Below, piece by piece: positions 30,601-39,647 of a stretch of DNA of 64,000 nucleotides. The notes below the pieces were generated by a model. That model was given only the letters and a program-made list of their open reading frames with translations. It was not told the origin of the DNA and did not search any database. Positions within the stretch are counted from its first letter, which is position 1. Each line of letters starts with the position of its first letter. The translations under genes and the position numbers were made by a program. The stretch is from Candidatus Marinacidobacterales bacterium (GTDB lineage: Bacteria > Acidobacteriota > Vicinamibacteria > Marinacidobacterales > SMYC01), in the NCBI GenBank assembly GCA_965224085.1, contig CBDCYI010000009.1, forward strand, positions 320,001 through 384,000, written 5' to 3'.

Positions 30601-31032
30601 ATGGACAGTTTGCTCGCTAGATTCTCAGGGATTATTTACGCCGCACTTCGGATTGTGACCGGGCTTTTGTTCGCTCAGCACGGCGCCCAAAAGCTCTTCG
30701 GGTTTCTCGGTGGCATGGGCGAGGACGGCGGCACGGCGCCTTTCCTTTCCCTAATGTTTTTCGCGGGCGCTATCGAGTTCTTTGGAGGTCTTCTGGTCGC
30801 GGCGGGCTTCAAAACGAGCTGGGTCGCATTCATCGCGAGCGGTGAAATGGCCGTCGCTTATTTCATGGCGCATGCGTCGCGAGGGCTCTTTCCCATACAA
30901 AACCGCGGTGAGCCCGCCGTGCTCTACGCTTTCGTTTTCTTGTATATCGCTGCCCACGGCGCTGGGATGTTCAGCGTCGACTCTGTATTCGGGACTTCGA
31001 AAAAGCCCGAAGGCGCAACCGCCACGGCTTGA
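30601..31032 (+). CDS. DoxX family membrane protein
   Basis: LRIVTGLLFAQHGAQKLFG, SGEMAVAYFMAH, NRGE; GGAGG upstream of the ATG. Confidence 0.9.
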   Translation: MDSLLARFSGIIYAALRIVTGLLFAQHGAQKLFGFLGGMGEDGGTAPFLSLMFFAGAIEFFGGLLVAAGFKTSWVAFIASGEMAVAYFMAHASRGLFPIQNRGEPAVLYAFVFLYIAAHGAGMFSVDSVFGTSKKPEGATATA

Positions 31033-31110
31033 GCCTGTGCTGCCGAGGCCGGTGTTTCGGACGCGACAGCGTGATTAAAGGCACTCCCCTTTGGGAATCA
31101 AAGTGGGCGA

Positions 31111-31605
31111 TTACGCGTGGCCGCGAAGCGCTTCGCGCTCTCGATGCGTAATCGTCACACCTTTGTCGGCTAACTCCAAGACGATCGCATCGTAGCGGTC
31201 CCCGAGAAAACTCTCGTCGGGGAACAAGACGCCGCGCGTCGATATCGAGCCCGATGCAATGCGTCGCGCCGCGCAAGCGGCGGTGAACCCCGTCGTGCGT
31301 GCCATCGCCGTGTTTCCTGTAGCGGTATCAAAGAAATCGATGAGCTCGCGCAGCTCCCCATTCTTACTACCCTGAACGAGCACCTTCAAAACGAGAATGT
31401 CGCCAGCTGGCCCGAGCTTCAAACGGTCCTCGAGCACTTTCTGCAAAACCACGACGGGAGGAACGCTCGTGCCAAAAACGTCGACGGGGCGGCTCTCGAA
31501 AAGGCCGCATGCTTGAAGCAGCTGGATAGCCGCGACATGGCCCGGATAGCGAAGGGTCTTCTCGTAGAGATCGCCTTGTACGCGGTCCCCAACCGTGATG
31601 GCCGC
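31111..31605 (-). pseudogene. saccharopine/lysine dehydrogenase C-terminal remnant
   Basis: YEKTLRYPGH, TAMARTTGF, GVLFPD; 5' part absent. Confidence 0.8.
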
Positions 31606-31966
31606 GGTTTACGACGATCACGACGCGCTCGTCGACGCTATTTACCAAGGCAAGGAGAACCTCCGACCGATCTACGAGACTGTCGCGAAAACCGCGAAGA
31701 AACTCGGGAAAGACGTCGAGCTCATGGCCCGCAAAGGCTACGTCACCGTGGCGCGAAAGCGGCAATTCGCCGCGATCCAACCGTCGACGAAATCGCGCCT
31801 GGATTTAGGGCTCGTTCTCCCGGGCGTCCGAGCCAAAGGCACGCTCATCGCCAGCAAGAACGTTGGCGGCGGCCGGGTGACGCACCGGATCGCACTCGAG
31901 AAGAAGTCGGACTTCGACGCCGAAGCGAAAAAGTGGTTGAAGGCCGCCTTTGACGGGGACGCCTGA
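31595..31966 (+). CDS. DUF5655-type domain protein, probably 5'-truncated
   Basis: LRPIYE, RKGYVTVARKRQFAAI, RLDLGL, VTHRI, WLKAAFD. Confidence 0.65.
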   Translation: MMAAVYDDHDALVDAIYQGKENLRPIYETVAKTAKKLGKDVELMARKGYVTVARKRQFAAIQPSTKSRLDLGLVLPGVRAKGTLIASKNVGGGRVTHRIALEKKSDFDAEAKKWLKAAFDGDA

Positions 31967-32063
31967 ATTTCGCGGAGCTTCCCAAGCTCGCCCGCATCAT
32001 CCGCTGACGCCGCATCTTGACGCGGTCTCCCTGGCGTAGTATGACTATGCGACGGAGGTATGA

Positions 32064-32339
32064 ATGAAGCGATATGTCATCGAGCGCGACATTCCAGACA
32101 TAGGTAGCGCGGACCGCGATGCGCTCCGCGAAGCAGCCAAGAAATCGAACAGCGTTCTGGCCGAGTTCGCGCCCAATATCCAGTGGATCCATTCCTATGT
32201 GGCGGGCGAAAAGACGTTTTGCGTGTACATGGCCAAGGACGAGGAGTTCATCCACGAACATGCGCGCCGAAGCGGATTCCCAGCGACAAAGGTCACGGAA
32301 ATCGGCAAAATGTTCGACCCGACGACCGAGCGCGGGTAA
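32064..32339 (+). CDS. DUF4242 family protein
   Basis: YVIERDIP, IQWIHSYV...KTFCVY, HARRSGFPA; GGAGG RBS. Confidence 0.88.
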   Translation: MKRYVIERDIPDIGSADRDALREAAKKSNSVLAEFAPNIQWIHSYVAGEKTFCVYMAKDEEFIHEHARRSGFPATKVTEIGKMFDPTTERG

Positions 32340-32346
32340 CGAGAAT

Positions 32347-34125
32347 CTATTTGCGCGCTCGCGGCGTCAGCATCGTTTCCCGGCGTTCTCCGTCCCGTTC
32401 GTAAACAACCTTGATCGGCTCGCCGATTTTTACGACATCGAGAGCGTAAGTGTAATCGTAGATATTCGTGATCGTTTGTTCCGCGAACTCGACGATGACG
32501 TCGCCGCCGCGAAGCCCGGCTTCTTCGGCAGGCCCGCCTTCGATAACGCCGCTCAAGAGCAGACCCTGCACTTCGGTGGCGTAGTCTGGAATCGTTCCCG
32601 TGAAGGCACGCACCGTGTCCCGGCTGCCAGCTTCTTGCTGCGTCCGGGCGACTTTGACGAACACGGGGCGCTCGTCGAGATTGGCGAGCTTCTCGGCGAG
32701 AATCGCGGCGAACTGCGCGACCCTCTCCAAGTCTTCGAAATTGATGAGCTCGGCGCGGTCCGCCGGCCGGTGATACTCCTTGTGAGAGCCGGTAAAGAAG
32801 TTGATGCTCGGGACCTCGGCCTGGTTGAAGCTCATCACGTCCGTGGGTAAGTAAGGATCGTCACTCGCCTGAATATCGAAGCCGACAGGAACGTTGGTCT
32901 GCTCGATGAGGCGTGGCCAGATTGAGCTCGTTCCAAGAGCCTGAAGGACGAGCTTGTTGTCGCGCATCCGACCGACCATGTCGTAGTTCACGTAAGCGAT
33001 GAGCGCCTCCGGCGCAATCACTTTCGACGCAACGAAAGCACCGGAGCCGAGGAGGCCCATCTCCTCGCCGGACCAGAACCCGAAAGCGACGGATGCTTTT
33101 CGCCCGCGCGTCTTCAAGCGCTCCGCCGCGGCAAGGACGGCCGCGACGCCCGAAGCGTTATCGTCGGCGCCACCATGCGTCTCGCCCGTTTCGTCTTTGC
33201 CCGCGAGCGAGTTTCCTTGCCGGCCTCGTCCCAGATGATCGTAATGCGCCCCTAGAAGCACGAACGATCCCGCGCCTCCTTCGTCTACTCTCGGGGGAAA
33301 ATAGCCGGCGACGTTTCTGCCCGTCCCCTTCTTGCGCTCGAGCTGAACGTTCAGACGCAACGTCACGTCCGGGATCGCGAACCCGGAAACGTGAGGATTG
33401 GCGGTGTCGAGATCGGCTTGTGCTTGCTCGAGCGTCTTGTCGGCGACACCCTCGAACAGCTTGGCGGCCAATTCCCCGTTGATGCTAGCGGCCACGATCC
33501 CCGATCCCGCTGCAGCTCTATCAAAGTTCAGAGCGGCGAGATCCCCCGCGTTCGGCGACCGCGGCCCCGTGACCACCAGGAGGCCTTTCGCCCCGCGCTC
33601 GCGCGCGTTGAGCGCTTTGTAGCGAAGCCCCGAATAGCGAGCGAGGACCGTCTTGACCTCCGCCGAAGCATCCTCGGGAAAATAGCGGAGCACGAGCACG
33701 AACTTGTCTTCGACATCCAGTCCGAAATAGCTGTCATAGCCGAAGTTCTGGCTCTCGGGAACGGTGATGCCGTATCCAGCGAAAACCACGGGGCCTTCGA
33801 CCTCGCCAATCTCCGAGAACGAGAGCCCGCGAAGCGCGTCTGAGGGAGCGGACCATCCGCCCAAGGACAGTGAGGAGCCTGTGTCGCGCACACCGGCCGT
33901 GAAATCAAAAGGCAGTTGGAATGAGCTTTGGCCAGGAAGTGGCGAAGCGCCGAGACGCTCGAGCTCCTTAATAATGTAATCGGCTGCCATCCGGGCACCG
34001 TCCGAGCCCGTGAGCCGACCGCCCATGGTCTCGGAAGCGAGGGTCGTCACGTGAGTCTTGATGTTCTCGGCGAGGGATGCCGACGCGGTAAGCAAACACA
34101 AAGCGAGAGCACTTAGTTTCATCAT
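32347..34125 (-). CDS. M28 family peptidase with PA and PDZ domains
   Basis: GAHYDHLG, GADDNASG, WSGEEMGLLGS, NYDMVGR, YHRPAD, C-terminal GTIPDY...GGPAEEAGL PDZ. Confidence 0.93.
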   Translation of the reverse strand: MMKLSALALCLLTASASLAENIKTHVTTLASETMGGRLTGSDGARMAADYIIKELERLGASPLPGQSSFQLPFDFTAGVRDTGSSLSLGGWSAPSDALRGLSFSEIGEVEGPVVFAGYGITVPESQNFGYDSYFGLDVEDKFVLVLRYFPEDASAEVKTVLARYSGLRYKALNARERGAKGLLVVTGPRSPNAGDLAALNFDRAAAGSGIVAASINGELAAKLFEGVADKTLEQAQADLDTANPHVSGFAIPDVTLRLNVQLERKKGTGRNVAGYFPPRVDEGGAGSFVLLGAHYDHLGRGRQGNSLAGKDETGETHGGADDNASGVAAVLAAAERLKTRGRKASVAFGFWSGEEMGLLGSGAFVASKVIAPEALIAYVNYDMVGRMRDNKLVLQALGTSSIWPRLIEQTNVPVGFDIQASDDPYLPTDVMSFNQAEVPSINFFTGSHKEYHRPADRAELINFEDLERVAQFAAILAEKLANLDERPVFVKVARTQQEAGSRDTVRAFTGTIPDYATEVQGLLLSGVIEGGPAEEAGLRGGDVIVEFAEQTITNIYDYTYALDVVKIGEPIKVVYERDGERRETMLTPRARK

Positions 34126-35222
34126 TCGCCCTTCGAGTCGCGAGGAGGCGCCGCCTTCAGCGCATCGAGCGCCGTTTCGTGGTTCCAGCTTGCTAGAAAG
34201 ATCTGCCCCCCGTCGCCACCATCGCGGTTCGACGTCCACGCGAGCTTGGTGCCGTCCGGCGAAGGCACGGGAAGCCCATCGAAGCCGTCGGTATAAGTTA
34301 TCCGAACGGGCTCCTTTTTTCCTTCAAAGTCGACCATAAAGACTTCGAAATTGGCGAAGCCGAGCTTGTTGGTCGCGAAGAGGATATACTCGCCCGAGGG
34401 ATGGGCATAGGGCGCCCAACTCATCGAGCCGAAGCTCGTGATCTGTTGCTGCTTGGTGCCGTCCGGCTTCATCGTCCAAATATCGGCAATGAGCCCTTCT
34501 TCGTCGAAACGACGCCACACGATGCGCTCACCATCAGCGCTAAAAAAGGGGCCACCGTCATAGCCAAGGACGTCGGTGAGCCGAGTTTGCTCCGACCCGT
34601 CCGCGCGCATGATGTAGATCTCCGCGAAAGTAGAGGGATTCAGCTCTAGCGTCTTCTGATCGTCCGCGCTCAGCTCGCGGCCATAGGCGTCGCGTAGCGA
34701 GGAGAACACGATCCACACGCCGTCGGGCGAGAAGCTCGCTTCCGCGTCGTAGCCGCGCGCGCGCGTCAAACGCTCGAGCTCTCCGGTGTCGTTGTGAAAG
34801 ACGTAAATCTCCATCTCCGGATCGTAGTCCCAAGAATAGCGTCTCTCTTGCCCCGAGGCGCGGAAGTCGAGCTCTTCTTTTTGAAGCTCCTTCGACCGCG
34901 GGTCGTGATGGGTCGAGCTAAATAGGATGTTTCCCGTCCCGGACTGAATGAACGCGCACGTCGTTTTTCCATGGCCCGGCGAGATGCGTCGGGTATCGCC
35001 GTTCGTCAAATCCAGCTCGTAGATCTGATAGAACGGGTTGCCAGGCTCCCGCTCGCTCTGAAACACCATGCGGGTGCCGTCCGGCGAGAAATAGCCCTCC
35101 CCGGCGCGACGCCCTTCGAAGGTCAGTCGCCGCGTCCGCGTCAGGAAATCGCTCTCGGTGTAGTCCTGTGCACCAAGGCTTCCGGCGAACAATAGGAACC
35201 ATAGCGTGTTATTCCTCTTCAT
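34122..35222 (-). CDS. TolB-like PD40 beta-propeller protein
   Basis: RAGEGYFSPDG, GYDAEASFSPDG, GYDGGPFFS, GFDGLPVPSPDG; coupled to the M28 gene. Confidence 0.9.
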   Translation of the reverse strand: MKRNNTLWFLLFAGSLGAQDYTESDFLTRTRRLTFEGRRAGEGYFSPDGTRMVFQSEREPGNPFYQIYELDLTNGDTRRISPGHGKTTCAFIQSGTGNILFSSTHHDPRSKELQKEELDFRASGQERRYSWDYDPEMEIYVFHNDTGELERLTRARGYDAEASFSPDGVWIVFSSLRDAYGRELSADDQKTLELNPSTFAEIYIMRADGSEQTRLTDVLGYDGGPFFSADGERIVWRRFDEEGLIADIWTMKPDGTKQQQITSFGSMSWAPYAHPSGEYILFATNKLGFANFEVFMVDFEGKKEPVRITYTDGFDGLPVPSPDGTKLAWTSNRDGGDGGQIFLASWNHETALDALKAAPPRDSKGE

Positions 35223-35259
35223 CAGCGCCCATTCTACTCGAAGCATCGACACGATAGGC

Positions 35260-36200
35260 ACGGCGCTTGCTCCGACGCACTCGATCAGGCTTTCGATTGC
35301 ACCGTCGCTCGGGGGCCGATACAATCCGCTATCGAAACGGCCGTGCAAACGCTATCCGCATTGATCGAAGCCGAGCCGGAGCCTCTCGGCGAGCTCGACA
35401 AAACACTGCCAACCGCATTTTGCTCACTTGTTACGCGGTGCCTCTCTAAGAAGGCTGCGGGCCGTTACGCCTCGACGAGCGAGCTACTCAAAGCACTCTC
35501 TCAAGGGATGAAGCGTCCCGCTTCGCACACCGCCGCGGCTCCCCCCGCACCTCGTCAACCAACGGTCGGCCGCGACGAGACCATCCACACGTTGAAGCAC
35601 GCTCTGAGCTCGGTGGAGGATGGCCGGGGTTTGCTTCTGTGCGTGGCCGGAGAGGGTGGGATCGGCAAGACCACGGTCGTGGAAGCCTTCCTCGATGAGG
35701 TGAGCTCGGCGAGTCCGACGCGGCGGTTTGCTCGAGGGCGCTGCTCGGAGCGCCTTGCCGGAACCGAAGCGTACCTGCCATTTCTCGAATCTCTCGAAAG
35801 CCTGTTACACGACGACGGGGAGAGCTCATCCACACGCCTCATGAAAGAAGTGGCTCCAAGCTGGTACTTTCACTTGAAGCCGCCGGTGTCCACCGAAGAG
35901 TCGCCTCCGCAACGAGCTAACTCTCCGGAGCGCATGAAATGGGAGCTGAGTACTTTTCTGGAACGCCTGTCTCAGGAGGAGAGCCTCGTGCTCCTCCTGG
36001 AAGATCTGCACTGGGCCACGTGTCGACGGTGGATCTTCTCGCGCACCTGGCCGACCGGTTCGATCGGATCCGGGTGATGATTGTCGTCACCTATCGCCCG
36101 GAAGAGCTGCGCCTCGCCAAACATCCGTTCCTCAAAGTGAGGTCGGACCTTATGGCGCGCGGAGCCTGCCGGGAAATTACGCTCCCATTTCTCAGCCACC
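35260..36200 (+). pseudogene. Ser/Thr kinase-STAND (AAA_16) ATPase remnant
   Basis: Kinase tail (PEPL...RCLSK...RY), VGRD, AGEGGIGKT, LLLEDLHWA, frameshift near 36020, TYRPEE; truncated at both ends. Confidence 0.8.
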
Positions 36201-36455
36201 GGATATCACCCCGACACGGAAATTCTCGCCGCGGCCGGTGTTCCCGGGTCGTTCCCGTTTCCTCCCGGCAAATCAGCTGCCTTGGCTCGATACGGGCTCA
36301 ACGCGCTGAGAAAGAAGAAATTCATGAGCGTGAATGGAATCTTCAACAAAGTACTCGTACAGGCGCTCAAGTTCATGCCGATACGGCTACGCCAAGCGAC
36401 CAACAAGATTCTCGTAGGAACACCGGAAAAGCGCTTTGCGGCGCACCGCGCCTAG
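36200..36455 (+). pseudogene. SDR oxidoreductase C-terminal remnant
   Basis: DTEILAAAG...ARYGLNALRKKKFMSVNGIFNKVLVQALKFMP, ends TAG 36455. Confidence 0.5.
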
Positions 36456-36505
36456 ACGGCGAACTATACTTTGGTCGCCAATCGGATCAGAGTGAGATCG
36501 AAGAG

Positions 36506-37135
36506 CTAAGCGGTATCTGACAATGACACCCGTTGGTCTAGCTGCCCCAGGCGCTTGTCGATCAAGCTCCTGCGAACCGTGGACGACACCGCACCGATCA
36601 TTTCTCTTGCTTTGCGCATACTGAAGTTTGGCGCCAGCTCCAACTCCGGTAGCGCGGTAAACAGACGCGACTTCGCTGGCGAGAGATAGAAGAAATCAAT
36701 CAGAGCTTTCTCCGGCACGGCCATCACAACGCCGTCATCCCCTGCCTCCTCATATCCAAAAAAGAAGGAAGGCGCGACGTGATGGATCGAGAACGTGCCG
36801 AGCGGGGTACTGTAGCTCCGCGTCCGCGCCGGCGAGATACAGTACGTGACGCTCGAGATTTGAGAAATCATGCCGTGGTAGTAAAGAGCGCTCTGAAGAG
36901 AAACGTAGCTCGGGAATGGCGCTGTGAGGAACCTTGGAAGCATGAGCGGATCCAGTTTTCCGTCGAGAACCCACAAACCACGTTTGACGCGCACGACGTG
37001 ACCGGAATCAGCCAGGCGCGCCAGTAGCTTGCTCGCGTGACTCTTCTCCAGGTCCAACAAGCCCATCACATCTGCCGTTGTTAGAACGGCCTGCCGGCTC
37101 TTCTTGATCTCAGCCAAGGCGACGATGAGCTTCAT
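36506..37135 (-). CDS. abiEi: type IV TA antitoxin AbiEi
   Basis: wHTH (RVKRGLW), SYVSLQSALYYHGMI, PEKALIDFFY. Confidence 0.88.
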   Translation of the reverse strand: MKLIVALAEIKKSRQAVLTTADVMGLLDLEKSHASKLLARLADSGHVVRVKRGLWVLDGKLDPLMLPRFLTAPFPSYVSLQSALYYHGMISQISSVTYCISPARTRSYSTPLGTFSIHHVAPSFFFGYEEAGDDGVVMAVPEKALIDFFYLSPAKSRLFTALPELELAPNFSMRKAREMIGAVSSTVRRSLIDKRLGQLDQRVSLSDTA

Positions 37136-37898
37136 TCTCCCCCACCGCTACTGAGGGCGTCTACAACGCTGAGCACAGCATCTTCCCATACGGGTTCGGA
37201 GTCCCACTGTGCTTGATATTCTGGATGGAGATACGACAACACTTGGGCCTTGAATACGTCAAACGTGACGGACATCGCTTTCGACTCGGCTTCTGCAATG
37301 CGGGCGCTCAGTGCTCGATCGGAAATGCGCCGGTCGACTCCTGAATTCAGAAGAAGGTTGAGATCAAAAACATCTCTTGCCTGCGTCGCTGTTCTGAATA
37401 TTAGAGCTCCGACTTTCTGCTCGTATGCTGCATGGGCATCGTAGTGATTGGCCATGATTGGAGTTAGACGGTGCGCCCTTATTACGTCCGGATCCAAGGC
37501 TTCAAAAACGGCACGCTCTTTCATACCCCTTCTCGAGAACTCCAGTTTCGTGTGGCGCAAGACATCCGAAGCTGGAACGGCCAAGCCAAGCTTCCACCAT
37601 TGGGTTGTCTCGCTCTGCTTCGGCGCTGACCAGCGATCTATCGCGATTCCGCGCGCGCGAAGAATGTCACGAAATGGTGCCGAATCGAGGAGGTCACTCA
37701 CGGTCTCCTCGAGCTTTTCTTTGGAGATGTTTTGAACGTCCAGATCCATATCCTCTGAATAACGAAAGCTTTGAGAAAAAATCTCAGGTTGCATCCACCT
37801 TTCACGGCGTAAAACCTCTTATCTACTTTCCTTCCGAAGACATCGAGAAATAGTAGGTGGAAGAGCTCGACGAGCTTCAACGTATCCTGGGCGTTCAT
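37132..37898 (-). pseudogene. abiEii: type IV TA toxin AbiEii nucleotidyltransferase, single-base frameshift near 37770
   Basis: KGGCNLRFF / RYSEDMDLD in different frames; KVGAL...QARDVFDL. Confidence 0.85.
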
Positions 37899-37912
37899 AC
37901 TTTGGCATTAAT

Positions 37913-37950
37913 AATACCTATAGTTGACTTATATATCAACTATAGGTATT
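37913..37950. promoter_or_regulatory. perfect 15-bp inverted repeat, probable AbiEi operator
   Basis: AATACCTATAGTTGA-8nt-TCAACTATAGGTATT directly upstream of the second abiE module. Confidence 0.75.
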
Positions 37951-37965
37951 TACGATGCGGCGAAG

Positions 37966-38832
37966 CTACACGACCTCCACTTTCTCGATCAGCGAGTCGA
38001 AGAAACCTGTGGACCAAATCTCTACCGCCTGGCGATTCAACAGAAACGGCAAGACGTCTTCGCGAGCGCGCTCGACCTCCAGGGTCTCCACAGCTTGTCG
38101 GAACATTTCATGAAATACGTCAGGGCTCAGCCGGCCTTCCGACGTGTAATCGCCGGACTGGCGCATCCGTTGTTCCAAGTGGCCTAGGTTGAGCTTGGTA
38201 TAGTTGGCCACATACCAGACGAAGTCGTACCAGTCGCGTCCCTTGACCCGATTACGCCATCGGCGGCACAAGAGCGCATGCATCTTTCCGGCAAAAAGGT
38301 CGGGAAGGGCGTACGCCCTAACCGCAAACGGGATCGGCTGCAGGATCGGTTTGGTCTCCGTTTCAAACCCAAGCGGCGGATCGATGTCAACTTCGAGCCG
38401 GATCTTGAGCTTCTGCTCGGATTGAATGCCACCGCGCCATCTGTGATCTGCGTTGATGACGATCATTTGTTTCAGCGTGTTCGTCTTGAGGAAGGCGGAT
38501 CGGAGAGTGCTCTCTCGACTCTTGTCTATCGGTGCGAACGAGACCTCGAAACCGAAGCTTGCCAACTCGCGTTCCAAGGCGGAACCGTACCTGCCGAGAG
38601 AAAAATCACGTTCGGGAACGAGTAACGAAAAATCCAAGTCTTCGGAATACCGGTCGAGCCCATAGAGGATGCGAAGCGCGGTACCACCGTAAAAGGCGGC
38701 TCGTTCGAAGAACTTGCTGCGCCACAGTCCCAGAAGAGCCAATTGCTGGAGGATGTCGCGAAGCGCGGCGACGTTTTCCTCACGTGTGTCGCGGGAGTAG
38801 CGGTCAAGCATGCGTTGAATCGCAGGATTCAT
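37966..38832 (-). CDS. abiEii: type IV TA toxin AbiEii nucleotidyltransferase
   Basis: FYGGTALRILYGLDRYSEDLDF, KMHALLCR, KGRDWYD. Confidence 0.92.
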   Translation of the reverse strand: MNPAIQRMLDRYSRDTREENVAALRDILQQLALLGLWRSKFFERAAFYGGTALRILYGLDRYSEDLDFSLLVPERDFSLGRYGSALERELASFGFEVSFAPIDKSRESTLRSAFLKTNTLKQMIVINADHRWRGGIQSEQKLKIRLEVDIDPPLGFETETKPILQPIPFAVRAYALPDLFAGKMHALLCRRWRNRVKGRDWYDFVWYVANYTKLNLGHLEQRMRQSGDYTSEGRLSPDVFHEMFRQAVETLEVERAREDVLPFLLNRQAVEIWSTGFFDSLIEKVEVV

Positions 38833-39482
38833 GGACCTGAGCGCTTCAACTGAAAGAGATAGTCGCGTAGGAGACGGATCTTTCTCGACCCGTACTTGTC
38901 TGCGATGACATGGATCATCGCTTCATCTACGCCAAGTAACGATTCGCGGGATATACGCAAATCATCGTGGAGGTAAGCGTGGAAGTCTGCCGTTTTTCTT
39001 GGAGTAAACCGGGAATCCGCCCAAATCTTGTCAGCAAGAGCCTTGGCGGGAGTCGCAATCAAAAAGTGTTGATCTGGGCCTACTGATTGTTGATCGATTC
39101 CGACAGAATACTTGCGAGGCGACAGCCTGCGATACTTGAAGAATCCCACCGGCGTATCGAATCGGCGTGATGGCGCCAGTGTCACGGACGTTACCACCTC
39201 GACTCTTTCGGGAATGAAACCGTAGTCACTCAATGCGGTGTCGAGACTAACGTATGACGGCCCGTAGATCAGATTTGCGAGAACCTGGCGGGACCAGGGA
39301 GCACGCCGGTGGCGTTCAGAAAGGACGTAGAGTCCCTTTTTGGCGCGGATAATTTCCTCCGCCTTGAGCATGGCTCGGATCTTGTCCCGCGGTTTGGAGT
39401 AGCTCGCCAAACAATCCATGAGTTGCTGATAGTCGAACACGTCCGAATCGAAGGATTGCCTGAGATCATCTACCGCGGTCAT
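38829..39482 (-). CDS. abiEi: type IV TA antitoxin AbiEi-like
   Basis: KKGLYV, ANLIYGPSYVSLDTALSDYGFIPE, ATPAKALAD. Confidence 0.9.
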   Translation of the reverse strand: MTAVDDLRQSFDSDVFDYQQLMDCLASYSKPRDKIRAMLKAEEIIRAKKGLYVLSERHRRAPWSRQVLANLIYGPSYVSLDTALSDYGFIPERVEVVTSVTLAPSRRFDTPVGFFKYRRLSPRKYSVGIDQQSVGPDQHFLIATPAKALADKIWADSRFTPRKTADFHAYLHDDLRISRESLLGVDEAMIHVIADKYGSRKIRLLRDYLFQLKRSGP

Positions 39483-39506
39483 GACGCCATTGTGTCAAAA
39501 GTATTA

Positions 39507-39535
39507 TAGTATGTCCATTATTAATGGACATACTA
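39507..39535. promoter_or_regulatory. perfect 14-bp inverted repeat, probable AbiEi operator
   Basis: TAGTATGTCCATTA-T-TAATGGACATACTA upstream of abiEi; extra TATGTCCA half-site near 39543. Confidence 0.75.
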
Positions 39536-39647
39536 ACACATTTATGTCCAACACGGTCTGGTGGTAACGCTTGCGTAAGAGCCAGGGACGGCGCTCAACC
39601 GGAAGCCTTGACTCTCAAGCCTTCGAGACAAACAATCTCGCTGCACG

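Noticed and set aside
20921-36397. 13-mer CGGCTACGCCAAG occurring near both TA regions
   Set aside because: Repeats of this length are expected by chance in 64 kb; no integrase or other att evidence
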